Shown here: positions 22,181 to 31,749 of the stretch, one piece after another
Numbering within the stretch: the first letter of the stretch is position 1
How the letters are laid out: each line of letters starts with the position of its first letter
Assembly (NCBI GenBank): GCA_963705505.1
Contig: CAVPJU010000006.1
Coordinates: forward strand, 224,001 to 288,000
From: an uncultured bacterium
GTDB lineage: Bacteria > Desulfobacterota_D > UBA1144 > Nemesobacterales > UBA2774
Length of the DNA: 64,000 bases
Reading direction: 5' to 3'
Translations under genes and position numbers: made by a program
The notes under the pieces: model-generated
Database searches by the model: none
What the model saw: the letters and a program-made list of their open reading frames with translations, nothing else
Told to the model about the DNA's origin: nothing

Positions 22181-23186
22181 TCGAAAGAACATTATTCTGA
22201 CGGCTCTTTTTTTAATTCCCGCGCTCATGTCGCTCACGGGCGCTGCGTATCCGAGAGAGACAATAGACAGGGTCGTTGCCATAGTCAATGACGACGTAAT
22301 TACCCTTTCCGAGGTAAGGGAGATGGCTCTCAGCATCAATCCCACTTCGACTGAGGCGATAGACGAGAGCACGGTGCTCCAGCAGATGATCGAGCAGAAG
22401 CTCTTCGAGCAGGAAGCGCAAAAGCTCGGAATAACGGTCTCGGAAGCCGAGCTCGACGCAAGCATCGAAATGGTGAAAAAGAAATTCAACCTTAACGACC
22501 AGCAGATGGAGGAAGTCCTCAAGAAACAGAACCTGACGCCCGAAACCTTCAGGGAGCAATGGAGACACCAGACCCTGGGGAACAAGCTCCTCGACTCACA
22601 GCTGAAAAACAAAATCGTAATCACGGAAGAAGAAATCGATAATTACTACGTACAGAATTACGGCGGAAACGCTTCCGCGAGCAGCAGCACCGTCAGCACC
22701 GCGATACCGACGGAGCAGGTAAAAATTGCGCATATCCTGATAACGGCAAAAACCCCCGACGCGGAAAAAAAGGCCGAGGAAGTTGCGGAGCTTGCCAAAT
22801 CAGGAAAGGATTTCTCAGAGCTGGCGAAGGAATATTCGGAGGACAAACTCTCGGCGGATAAAGGCGGAGACCTCGGCTACTTCAAAAAAGGCGATCTCAT
22901 AGAGACCCTCGAAACTGCGGTCGAGACCACACCGGTCGGCGGTATAACGGGCCCTGTGGAGTCACCGGCCGGTTACCATATTATAAAGGTCCTGGAAAGA
23001 ACCGAGCCTGAAAAGACAGAGGCGGAAAAGGCAAAGAAAGATTCGGGTTCGTCCGAGAAAATCGCCATGAACGAAGATACGAAGAAAGAAATCACCGACA
23101 TCCTTTACAGACAAAAGGCGGAGGCACAGCTAAAAAAGTGGCTCGACAGCCTTAAAGAGAATGCATATATAGAAGTTAAGCTCTAG
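22173..23186 (+). CDS. surA: SurA-like periplasmic chaperone/PPIase
   Basis: IDRVVAIVNDDVIT SurA N-domain; HILI, FSELAKEYSED, GGDLG, GYHIIK. Confidence 0.85.
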   Translation: MINRKNIILTALFLIPALMSLTGAAYPRETIDRVVAIVNDDVITLSEVREMALSINPTSTEAIDESTVLQQMIEQKLFEQEAQKLGITVSEAELDASIEMVKKKFNLNDQQMEEVLKKQNLTPETFREQWRHQTLGNKLLDSQLKNKIVITEEEIDNYYVQNYGGNASASSSTVSTAIPTEQVKIAHILITAKTPDAEKKAEEVAELAKSGKDFSELAKEYSEDKLSADKGGDLGYFKKGDLIETLETAVETTPVGGITGPVESPAGYHIIKVLERTEPEKTEAEKAKKDSGSSEKIAMNEDTKKEITDILYRQKAEAQLKKWLDSLKENAYIEVKL

Positions 23187-23698
23187 GACTCCTGAGTGAG
23201 AGTGAGCCTTCCGATGAAGTCCTTGTGCTGGGGGTATTGATCTAACAGCTCACTGCGGACCCCGAGCTCGATGTCGGAGAAATCGAAGCCGGGGGCGACC
23301 GTAGCCCCCATCAGAGCGAATTCCCCGCCCTCAAGCAAATAAGCGCCCTGCCATATACCCGCTGGCACGACTGCCTGGACGAACTGGCCCGCCTGAATGT
23401 CACGACCTAAAAAGAGCACCTTTGTAGTCCCGCTCGGGTGAATCAGTACCAGCTGCACGGGGTCGCCCAAATAAAAATGGTAGATCTCGTCGCTTTTCAG
23501 TCTGTGGATGCACGACCGCGTGTCCGGGGTAAGAAGATAGAAAATCGCCGTACTGTGGGGTTTATCCGAACCATAACGCTCCGGAAGAGATGATTTTTCG
23601 ATAGCCTCAGCGGCACGATAGGTTTCGACGTAATAACCCCCTTCCCCGGGAAGCGGCTTCATGTTGTAAAGCTTGATAATCCTTTCCGCCGTCAACAT
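23183..23698 (-). CDS. Cupin_5 (DUF985) family protein
   Basis: EGGYYVET, TAIFYLL, HRLKSDEIYHFYLG, VAPGFDF. Confidence 0.9.
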   Translation of the reverse strand: MLTAERIIKLYNMKPLPGEGGYYVETYRAAEAIEKSSLPERYGSDKPHSTAIFYLLTPDTRSCIHRLKSDEIYHFYLGDPVQLVLIHPSGTTKVLFLGRDIQAGQFVQAVVPAGIWQGAYLLEGGEFALMGATVAPGFDFSDIELGVRSELLDQYPQHKDFIGRLTLTQES

Positions 23699-23836
23699 TA
23701 TCTTTCCTCCTTGCAGATAAAACCATAATCTTAACCGTATTTTGCGGCTTGTAATAAAAAACCATCCTTGAATACCGGGAAACCGTGACTACCTTGTAAG
23801 TAGAAAAACAAAATTAATTATCACGGAGGTATTAAA

Positions 23837-24283
23837 ATGAGAGTAAAAGTTTGGGAACCTTTCAGGAGTTTCAGACCCTTTTACGGCGGTTTCGACAGGT
23901 GGTTCGATGAAGCAGCGAACACTGTGTCCGCAGAATCGGCCCCGGCAAACGGGACTTGGCATCCGAGCGTGGATGTTTATGAGAACGAAGGCAGTTACGT
24001 ATTAAAAGCGGAGCTTCCGGGTGTAAACAAAGAGGACATCAGGATAGATATAAACAACAATGCCCTGACGCTCAAAGGCGAGAAGAAGTTCGAAGAGAAG
24101 ACCGAGAAAGACAACTATGTGAGGATCGAGCGCAGCTACGGAAGCTTTACGAGAACCTTCGTGCTCCCCGACAAAGTGGATAGTGAAAGCATAAAAGCCA
24201 ATTACAAGGACGGCGTGCTGGAAATCACTCTCCCCAAGAAAGAAGAAGCAAAACCCAAGGAAATCAAGGTAGAAGTCAACTAA
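23837..24283 (+). CDS. Hsp20/alpha-crystallin small heat-shock protein
   Basis: PSVDVYE, AELPG, ERSYGSF, ANYKDGVL, C-terminal IKV motif; SD GGAGG. Confidence 0.95.
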   Translation: MRVKVWEPFRSFRPFYGGFDRWFDEAANTVSAESAPANGTWHPSVDVYENEGSYVLKAELPGVNKEDIRIDINNNALTLKGEKKFEEKTEKDNYVRIERSYGSFTRTFVLPDKVDSESIKANYKDGVLEITLPKKEEAKPKEIKVEVN

Positions 24284-24293
24284 AAAATTCGAT

Positions 24294-24325
24294 AGCGGCC
24301 TCTTGAATCGAGGCCGCTTCACTTT
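24294..24325 (+). terminator. Hairpin terminator after hsp20
   Basis: AGCGGCCTC-N7-GAGGCCGCT with a weak U tract. Confidence 0.6.
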
Positions 24326-24487
24326 CATCCAATCCGCAAAGGTGCTTACCCGCAAAATCCGGTTTCGGTCATGCCGAAGCTCTCAATATTATTATCGGCA
24401 ATAGCCGCAGTAATAAATGAGGGGCTTTCCGATGGCTTTCGACTCATCGGGATTTTCGCTGAACCGGAAAAGGAGAATTGAGGCGTC

Positions 24488-24600
24488 AAAAAAACAAGGG
24501 TAAGCCAGTGAAAACGGATTTCACCGGCTCACCCTATGGAGGATGATGGCTGAATCAGGTTATTGGAAAAATGAAGAATCCGCGGATTCTCCGCCTTGCT
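24488..24600 (-). ncRNA. Candidate small regulatory RNA (~110 nt) with anti-SD seed and intrinsic terminator
   Basis: -10 TATATT (24606-24611), 5' hairpin, unpaired CAUCAUCCUCC, then a 16-bp terminator stem whose G-U pairs work only on the minus strand, followed by UUGUUUUUUU. Confidence 0.55.
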
Positions 24601-24842
24601 ACAGGAATATAGAATTAATCCATAACCCAATACCCGAAAATTAATATAAACTCATTTAAACTGATAAAACAGAGGACTATAGTACTGATTTTAAGTAATT
24701 CTTTTTTGATATGCAGGCGTAACTTTAATACTTTCGTATTAGGTCTATGGTTGGTATTCCCTTTCCCGGCCCGAATAGACTCTTCAAAAACTAGCGGCTC
24801 AGAACGGCAATAAATCCCAACTTATGGTAGTTTTATATCCCT

Positions 24843-25841
24843 GTGAAAAAGATCATCGAAAACTGGGTCCACATACCCGGAGTACACTGCGGCTCCGTAA
24901 CTCTCCGGGACGTGATGACATACTACGGATACCCGTGGTCGGAAGCCATGTGCTTCGGCATCGGAGGGGGATTGGGGTTCTATTATACGGTCAGGGATGA
25001 TTTAAGCCCGACGAGGATGATATTCGTAAGGGGACCCGAAATGGAGCCGTCATTTTTCAGCGTGGCTCTGGAGCCCGTATCCTGGAAGCATGCTAATAAA
25101 AATCCGCTCGGGATCATAAGGGAATCCGTGGACAAGGGTGTACCCGTAATAATTCAAACCGATATTTATTACCTCAGCTATTACAAGTCGTCGACTCACT
25201 TTCCGGGACACATCGTGTCCGTATGGGGTTACGACGACGCCGTCAGGACAATGTACGTGGCGGATACCCATTTTGAGGGACTGCAAACAGCCACTTATGA
25301 CGAAATCCTCGAGGGGATGGGCTCTAAAGACGCTTCGAACCCTCTTGACTATAACTACATGGATATAGACCCCGATAAAAAAGTGAGACCGCTCTCCGAG
25401 ATCATTCCCGAAGCCATACGTATGAACGCCTTAAAAATGCTCGAAGGCACCAACGGAGCGAGGGGGAAATCGGGCGTCGGGATGATTAAGAAATGGTCCC
25501 AGGACCTCCCCTCCTGGAAGGACGCGCCCGACTGGAAATGGTGCGCAAGGTTCGGATACCAGGTGATTGAAAAAAGGGGCGTGGGAGGCGGCGGATTCAG
25601 GTGGATTTACAAGGATTTCCTCAAAGAAGCCGAGGGAATTGCCCCGGAGCTCCGCGAGCTCAATCTGTCACGGAGAATGAACCATATAGGAAATAAATGG
25701 AGCGAAATTGCCGCAGTCCTCAAGGATATTAGCGAAAAGGAATCTCCCGACGGGAATTTACTGCGAAACGCTTCCGAACAAGCGGAGATACTCTGGGAGC
25801 TCGAAAGGGATTTCTATATGACGGTTCTCGAAAATGTTTGA
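24843..25841 (+). CDS. BtrH N-terminal / DUF4872 papain-like cysteine peptidase-like protein
   Basis: HCGS..LR, SEAMCFGIGGGLGF, DIYYLSYY...HFPGH, GGGGFR..Y..FL. Confidence 0.8.
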   Translation: MKKIIENWVHIPGVHCGSVTLRDVMTYYGYPWSEAMCFGIGGGLGFYYTVRDDLSPTRMIFVRGPEMEPSFFSVALEPVSWKHANKNPLGIIRESVDKGVPVIIQTDIYYLSYYKSSTHFPGHIVSVWGYDDAVRTMYVADTHFEGLQTATYDEILEGMGSKDASNPLDYNYMDIDPDKKVRPLSEIIPEAIRMNALKMLEGTNGARGKSGVGMIKKWSQDLPSWKDAPDWKWCARFGYQVIEKRGVGGGGFRWIYKDFLKEAEGIAPELRELNLSRRMNHIGNKWSEIAAVLKDISEKESPDGNLLRNASEQAEILWELERDFYMTVLENV

Positions 25842-25853
25842 AATAACCGATCC

Positions 25854-26531
25854 ATGAAACTGCTTCTCTTCGATATAGACGGTACGATACTTCTGACAGA
25901 CGGCGCGGGGACGAGGGCGATCAACCGCGCATTCGAGAAGTTATACGGTCTCAGAGACGCCATGGCGGGCATAGACGCCGCCGGGAAAACAGACCCTCTG
26001 ATCCTGAGCGAGATGTTCGGGAACGGGCTTTCGAGACAGTACACAGAAGACGAGGCCAGGGAAATTTACGGGGAATACGTTTTATTCCTCGAAGAAGAAA
26101 TAGAGAAATCTCCCATCGACATAATGCCCGGCATCCCGTTCCTGCTGGAGAACCTGTCGTCGAGAAAAGATATGGTCCTCGGAATCGCGACGGGAAACAT
26201 AGAGCACGGCGCGCGTATAAAATTGAGGCGGGCGGGGCTCGACGGACATTTCACTGTCGGCGGTTTCGGCTCCGACTCGGATAACAGGGAGGCGCTTATC
26301 AGGGTCGCGATAGAGCGCGCGAAAAGTCATACGAAAGACGGCAGGGATTTCGATAAGGTATACGTAATAGGAGACACTCCCTACGACATCATTCACGGGC
26401 GTGCGGCGGGGGCGGTAACCGTAGCCGTGGCCACCGGAAGGTATTCACCGCCTGAGCTTCGAGAGCACGAGCCCGATTATTTATTCGATCACCTGGCCGA
26501 CTACGATAACGTAATAGGAATATTCGAATGA
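25854..26531 (+). CDS. HAD-superfamily hydrolase
   Basis: LFDIDGT, GKTD, ATGN, IGDTPYD motifs. Confidence 0.92.
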   Translation: MKLLLFDIDGTILLTDGAGTRAINRAFEKLYGLRDAMAGIDAAGKTDPLILSEMFGNGLSRQYTEDEAREIYGEYVLFLEEEIEKSPIDIMPGIPFLLENLSSRKDMVLGIATGNIEHGARIKLRRAGLDGHFTVGGFGSDSDNREALIRVAIERAKSHTKDGRDFDKVYVIGDTPYDIIHGRAAGAVTVAVATGRYSPPELREHEPDYLFDHLADYDNVIGIFE

Positions 26532-26541
26532 CTGTCCGGAC

Positions 26542-27111
26542 CTATAATACGCGCCTCAGTATCGAGGCGAGCCTTTCGTAATCGTCCTTCAGGAACCTCG
26601 AAAGGCTCTTTCCCATTCTGACCATGTAGTCCTTATCGTTCCGGCGGACGCTCTGAGCGCCCAATAGAGACGATATGATGAGGTCGTCCACAGGCAGGTT
26701 AGCCGAAGAAATAATAGCCCTGAGGAAAAAATCCTCTGAGCTGAGCGCCTCTTTTTCCTCGTCCGTACATTCGTAGACGAAGGAGTGGATCGGCGGCGGG
26801 AGGGGTGGGAGCGCAAACCTTATTTTTTCCGATTGTGTGTAGCCGAGGGTCAAGACGTGGAACTCGGTCTTCAGGAGCTCGAATATCTGGGGCTGCTCCC
26901 TTCTCAGCTCTTCGATACTCATATCGTACGCGTCGGGCTTTCTCCCGGGCTCTTTACTCCCCGTGATTATTTCGTATACGAGACCATAGACCGGAGAGCC
27001 GGCATCGGTCCTGACAAAACTACCGAAAGGAGGGGCTTCCCCCACCTTCGGGGAGCGTGCTATGAACCCTCTCGTGCCGGACTCGACTACTTCTCCTATA
27101 TATCCCTTCAT
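26542..27111 (-). CDS. Stand-alone HAS-barrel domain protein (NurA-associated)
   Basis: IGEVVES..F, PPFGSFV, YGLVYEI, QPQIFELL, P.PPPIHSFVY; overlaps the nurA stop codon. Confidence 0.75.
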   Translation of the reverse strand: MKGYIGEVVESGTRGFIARSPKVGEAPPFGSFVRTDAGSPVYGLVYEIITGSKEPGRKPDAYDMSIEELRREQPQIFELLKTEFHVLTLGYTQSEKIRFALPPLPPPIHSFVYECTDEEKEALSSEDFFLRAIISSANLPVDDLIISSLLGAQSVRRNDKDYMVRMGKSLSRFLKDDYERLASILRRVL

Positions 27112-28280
27112 ACGCCCGGAATCCTTTTAGATAATCCTTTCCTCGAAACGGTTACGGCAAAATCGGATTTGACCATAGCTTCTCTTATGAGCGTGAAGAA
27201 AAAATCCCTGTCCCTCGCCTTAACGACAGCCTGCTCATGTGCCTCCGCAATCGCCACCGGATAACCCTTCCCCTTTTTCGCCTGATCGAAAATAAGCGTA
27301 TGAACAAGCTCCAGCAATTCACTGTCCTCCGCCACCCATTGCGGAATCTCGACTCTGGCGATTTCCTCGCCGATATTGACGTAGAAAAAATAAATTTGAT
27401 GATCCCCGTAGGTCTCCAGAATCTTTGAGGAGCTTTTGAAAACAGGAGAAGCCTCGCCGGGTTTTAAGACGGTCGAAAACAGGAACCGGTCCGTAAGCCC
27501 CTCAATGGGAGCGCACGGGAGCTCGGGGAGCTCGGTATAGGGGCACTGGTTGCAGTAGCTTACTTTCTCGGGACATAGGCCTACCCTGAGTGCGTTTATA
27601 ACATCCGTGCTGCCGGGAAAGCTTATGTATCCCGCAACCGGTATCCGGAGATTTTTAAATTCATCCATTATACGGAGAAACGGGTTGATGATCCCTTCCC
27701 TGAAGTCTGACGGAGCCGCCTCCAGTCTCCAGAGGATAAGCGTCCCGTCGGAGAGAGCGATCGTGTTTCCATTCACATTATTGTCTTTTACGATTTCAAG
27801 AATTCTCCCGAATTCCATCAGCGTTCTCTTGAGCGATATGACGTCACTGTCTGCCGGTATCTTTTTCCCTCCCCATGTCGTGAACCTTTCTTCGTCCCTG
27901 TAGAAGAGTAACGGGTCCGAGCCGAGTTTCGCCGCCGCCTTTTCCCCGTAGCTGAGGACTATCGAGCTGATATTGATCAAATAACAGGGAAGCGCTTCGT
28001 GCCTGTCGGGGAATATCTGGGAGCCGTCCGAAGACACGGCCGTATAGCCCGGAGGGCGGTCCGGGAGAGGAAATGCTTTATCGAGTGGAGAAGATATGCC
28101 CGCGACAAGCCATGAGGTCTTGCTCTCCTCGACCTTCCGGGAGAGCTCCTCCCAGTTTTCGGATTTACGCCTGAGCTCCGCTTTCGCGAGCTTTATCTTA
28201 CCGGCAAGCTCGTCCGCGAAATCCTTCCTCTCTTCGATCATGGAATCTATTTGTGATTTCAGGATATGGAAATTGAGCAC
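27108..28280 (-). CDS. nurA: NurA-family 5'-3' nuclease
   Basis: DGSQI.P.RH, LSDGTL, GYIS, ARVEIPQW, GYPVAIAEAHEQAVV. Confidence 0.88.
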   Translation of the reverse strand: MLNFHILKSQIDSMIEERKDFADELAGKIKLAKAELRRKSENWEELSRKVEESKTSWLVAGISSPLDKAFPLPDRPPGYTAVSSDGSQIFPDRHEALPCYLINISSIVLSYGEKAAAKLGSDPLLFYRDEERFTTWGGKKIPADSDVISLKRTLMEFGRILEIVKDNNVNGNTIALSDGTLILWRLEAAPSDFREGIINPFLRIMDEFKNLRIPVAGYISFPGSTDVINALRVGLCPEKVSYCNQCPYTELPELPCAPIEGLTDRFLFSTVLKPGEASPVFKSSSKILETYGDHQIYFFYVNIGEEIARVEIPQWVAEDSELLELVHTLIFDQAKKGKGYPVAIAEAHEQAVVKARDRDFFFTLIREAMVKSDFAVTVSRKGLSKRIPGV

Positions 28281-28340
28281 GCTGAATCAAAGATAACACA
28301 CTTTGTAAGCGTTATAAATCTTAGAGACCCGCGCGGATTC

Positions 28341-28381
28341 AAAAAAAAGGCGGGCAGTCCCCGGAGGAACAGTCCGCCTTT
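28341..28381 (-). terminator. groESL Rho-independent terminator
   Basis: AAAGGCGGACTG..CTGCCCGCC followed by T8 on the minus strand. Confidence 0.85.
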
Positions 28382-28412
28382 GAGTTTTATACTCTTTTAT
28401 TCTTTTTTTAAA

Positions 28413-30065
28413 TTACATCATGCCGCCCATTCCCGGGTGCATGCCCCCCATTCCGCCTCCGCCGCCTCCGCCCATCTCTTCCTTAGACTGCGGCTTCTCG
28501 GCAATCAGGGCTTCTGTGGTAAGGAGCAGTCCCGCTACACTCGATGCATTCTGCATCGCGGTCCTCGTAACCTTAGCCGGGTCCACTATACCCGCCTCTA
28601 TCATATCGCAGTACTCGAGCTTCGCGGCGTCAAACCCGTTTGAGCCCTTCTCCTCGCTTACCTTACCCACTACTATCGATCCGTCCCATCCGGCGTTCGT
28701 CGCTATCCCTCTGAGAGGCTCCTCGAGCGCTCTCCTCACTATGCTCACCCCCGCCTTCTCCTCGTCGTCCGCCCCCTGGAACCCGTCCACTGCCTTTATC
28801 GCCCTTATGAGCGCCACTCCACCTCCGGGCACTATCCCTTCCTCTACGGCCGCCCTCGTTGCGTTGAGCGCGTCCTCCACTCTGGCCTTCTTCTCCTTCA
28901 TCTCGGCCTCCGTGGCCGCCCCTACGCGGATCACCGCGACTCCGCCCGCGAGCTTGGCTAGTCTTTCCTGGAGCTTCTCCCTGTCGTACTCCCCGCTCGC
29001 CTCATCCACCTGCGCCTTTATCTGTTTTATTCTCCCCTCTATCTCCCCTTTCTTCCCCGCTCCCCCTATTATCGTCGTATTATCCTTATCTATTACTATC
29101 TTCTTTGCCCTTCCAAGGTCCTGAAGCTTCGTGTTCTCGAGCTTCATCCCAGCTTCTTCGGCTATAACCTTGCCCCCTGTGAGCACGGCTATGTCCTCTA
29201 GCATGGACTTACGCCTGTCCCCGAACCCGGGCGCCTTTACGGCCGCGGCCTTCAACGTCCCTCTCAGCTTATTCACAACGAGCGTTGCAAGCGCCTCCCC
29301 CTCTATATCCTCCGCCATTACTAATAGCGGCTTTGTGCTCCTTGCCACTTCTTCGAGCAACGGAACCATGTCCTTCATATTCGATATCTTCTTGTCGAAC
29401 ATCAGTATCACCGGGTCCTCAAGCTCTATCTGCATCTTCTCCGGGTCCGTTATGAAGTACGGGCTCAGGTACCCTCTGTCAAACTGCATACCCTCCACAA
29501 CGTCGAGCTCTGTCTCTAAGCTCTTGCCCTCTTCCACCGTTATTACTCCGTCCTTCCCCACCTTCTCCATCGCGTCCGCTATTATGTTCCCTATCGTTGC
29601 GTCCCCGTTTGCGGATACCGTGGCCACCTGCGCTATCTCCGTGCGCCCCTTTACCTGCTTACTCTGCTTCCTTATGCTCTCCACTACCACTTCCACTGCC
29701 TTGTCTATTCCCCTCTTTAACTTCATCGGGTCGTGCCCTGCGGCTACGAGCTTTATCCCTTCGCGGATTATTGCCTGCGCCAGTATCGTAGCAGTAGTCG
29801 TGCCGTCTCCCGCCACGTCGCTCGTCCTGGAGGCCACTTCCTTCACCATCTGTGCCCCCATGTTCTCGAACTTGTCCTCAAGCTCTATTTCCTTTGCTAC
29901 AGTCACGCCGTCCTTCGTCACTACGGGCGCTCCGAACGTCTTCTCTATAAGCACGTTCCTGCCTCTCGGACCTAACGTCGCCTTTACCGCGTTCGCTAGC
30001 GTGTTCACTCCTTTCAATATCGCGTCCTGCGCTGCCCTCTCAAATTTTATTTCCTTCGCTGCCAT
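28413..30065 (-). CDS. groEL: Chaperonin GroEL
   Basis: [29 protein letters not shown]-rich tail. Confidence 0.99.
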   Translation of the reverse strand: MAAKEIKFERAAQDAILKGVNTLANAVKATLGPRGRNVLIEKTFGAPVVTKDGVTVAKEIELEDKFENMGAQMVKEVASRTSDVAGDGTTTATILAQAIIREGIKLVAAGHDPMKLKRGIDKAVEVVVESIRKQSKQVKGRTEIAQVATVSANGDATIGNIIADAMEKVGKDGVITVEEGKSLETELDVVEGMQFDRGYLSPYFITDPEKMQIELEDPVILMFDKKISNMKDMVPLLEEVARSTKPLLVMAEDIEGEALATLVVNKLRGTLKAAAVKAPGFGDRRKSMLEDIAVLTGGKVIAEEAGMKLENTKLQDLGRAKKIVIDKDNTTIIGGAGKKGEIEGRIKQIKAQVDEASGEYDREKLQERLAKLAGGVAVIRVGAATEAEMKEKKARVEDALNATRAAVEEGIVPGGGVALIRAIKAVDGFQGADDEEKAGVSIVRRALEEPLRGIATNAGWDGSIVVGKVSEEKGSNGFDAAKLEYCDMIEAGIVDPAKVTRTAMQNASSVAGLLLTTEALIAEKPQSKEEMGGGGGGGMGGMHPGMGGMM

Positions 30066-30124
30066 GTCTTGTAATACCTCCTCACATGTTTTCTATTCAC
30101 TTCATTTAATCAATAAGCTGCCAA

Positions 30125-30412
30125 TCAATCAACGATGGCTAATATATCTTCTTCCCTGAGTATAAGGTAATCCTCGCCTTCAATACTGATGTCGATTGCC
30201 CCGTACTTGTTGAAAAGCACTTTCTCGCCTTTCTTTATCTCAAGCGGTTTTTTCGTACCGTCTTCGAGTATTCTTCCCGTCCCGACTGCTATCACCTTTC
30301 CTTCCTGCGGCTTTTCCTTTGCGGTATCGGGAATGATGATGCCGCCTTTTGTAGTCTCCTCGGTGTCGAGTCTCTGGATTAAAACTTTGTCATGTAGTGG
30401 CCTTACTTTCAT
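30125..30412 (-). CDS. groES: Co-chaperonin GroES
   Basis: RPLHDKV, GGIIIPDTAKEKPQEG, EEDILA. Confidence 0.99.
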   Translation of the reverse strand: MKVRPLHDKVLIQRLDTEETTKGGIIIPDTAKEKPQEGKVIAVGTGRILEDGTKKPLEIKKGEKVLFNKYGAIDISIEGEDYLILREEDILAIVD

Positions 30413-30626
30413 TACAAACTTCCTCCTTACAAGGTTATTATCTGAATTTTATAATTGGCTGGATTTTCTGCGTATATTATAAAAAGCCTGCTTGCCGGGG
30501 ATTAAAATAACCATCTCGACTGCTTTGTCAAGTTTAAACAATATATTATACCGAATGAAAATCATAAAATGAAGATACTTTACGCATCCTTGAAAATTTA
30601 ATGCAAAAAAGATATGTTAAAACATT

Positions 30627-31115
30627 ATGCCAAAAGTAGCGATAATCGTAGGCAGTGATTCGGATCTGGGAAGTATCGAAGACGCATGGAAAACGCTGGA
30701 GGAGCTGGGGATAGAGTACGAGCTTCGCGTTGCTTCGGCCCACAGGACGCCCGACAGGGTCAGAAAATATGTGCAGAGCGCTGAAAAGAGGGGGATCGAG
30801 GTAATCATAGCAGGCGCAGGCTGGGCTGCCCACCTCCCCGGCGTAGTAGCGGCTTATACGACACTGCCCGTTATCGGGATTCCGGTGGATTCGTCCGCAT
30901 TAAACGGTCTCGATGCGCTCCTGTCAATCGTACAGATGCCCCCTGGCATACCAGTCGCCACTATGGCCATTGGAAAAGGCGGATCGAGGAATGCTGCGCT
31001 CTATGCCGCATCCATACTCGCCCTTAAGTACCCGGCTATAAACAAAAAGATCAAGGACTTCCGGGTACAGCTCGCTAAGAAGGTTGAGAGCGCAGCCAGG
31101 AAGTTCGATAAATAG
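30627..31115 (+). CDS. purE: N5-carboxyaminoimidazole ribonucleotide mutase
   Basis: GSDSD, SAHRTP, AGAG.AAHLPG, SIVQMP.GIPVAT. Confidence 0.97.
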   Translation: MPKVAIIVGSDSDLGSIEDAWKTLEELGIEYELRVASAHRTPDRVRKYVQSAEKRGIEVIIAGAGWAAHLPGVVAAYTTLPVIGIPVDSSALNGLDALLSIVQMPPGIPVATMAIGKGGSRNAALYAASILALKYPAINKKIKDFRVQLAKKVESAARKFDK

Positions 31116-31125
31116 ATTAAGCACT

Positions 31126-31749
31126 TTGACTGAAGTCATCAAAGCGGATGATCCCGGAGCGCCCGAGAAAGCAGCCTCTATACTGAAAAGCGGCGGAATA
31201 ATCGTATACCCGACCGAGACCCTGTACGGGATCGGAGCCATCGTATCAAACGAGCTGGCAGTGAGCAGGGTTTTCGAAATCAAAGGACGCCCCCACGGAA
31301 AACCCATACCGGTCCTGGGAAGAGACAAAAAAATGCTCGCGGAAATAGTCGAGTTCAATGAAGCGGCCTCGTCCCTCGCAAAGAAATTCTGGCCCGGCCC
31401 TCTTACACTGGTATTGAGGGAAAAGGGGAAGCTGCCCGGGCTTATTACCGCCGGGACCGGAAAAGCCGCCGTCAGGGTCTCCGCCGACCCTTTCGTTATA
31501 AGGCTTTTTAACCTCATTGACGACCCGATTACATCGACGAGCGCTAACGTCAGCGGCGGTGACAACCTGCTCGAACCCGACTATATTTATGAAACATTCA
31601 AAGGGAAAGTTGAACTTATAATAGACTCTGGTAACATTCCGCCCTCGAAAGGGTCCACAGTCGTGGACGTAACTGCAATCCCTCCTGAAATAATAAGAGA
31701 AGGGGACATAACCCTCAGTGATCTAAAGGAGTTTTTCTCATGCCGATAG
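31126..31749 (+). CDS. tsaC: L-threonylcarbamoyladenylate synthase (TsaC/YrdC); start uncertain
   Basis: YPTETLYG, KGRP..KP, FWPGPLT, TSTSAN, STVVD. Confidence 0.93.
   Translation: MTEVIKADDPGAPEKAASILKSGGIIVYPTETLYGIGAIVSNELAVSRVFEIKGRPHGKPIPVLGRDKKMLAEIVEFNEAASSLAKKFWPGPLTLVLREKGKLPGLITAGTGKAAVRVSADPFVIRLFNLIDDPITSTSANVSGGDNLLEPDYIYETFKGKVELIIDSGNIPPSKGSTVVDVTAIPPEIIREGDITLSDLKEFFSCR

Noticed and set aside
24358..24468. Cloverleaf as a tRNA
   Set aside because: Arm lengths are wrong, there is no canonical D/T-loop placement and no CCA end; kept only as a generic structured element.
28420..30159. Long plus-strand ORFs (234 and 342 aa) opposite groEL
   Set aside because: Antisense shadows caused by biased codon usage. 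The same applies to ORFs opposite leuB, mfd, lepA and trpE.
30413..30626. CIRCE or sigma32 heat-shock elements upstream of groES (and hsp20)
   Set aside because: No TTAGCACTC-N9-GAGTGCTAA or CCCCAT -10 seen; only sigma70-like TTGACA-N16-TATTTT.
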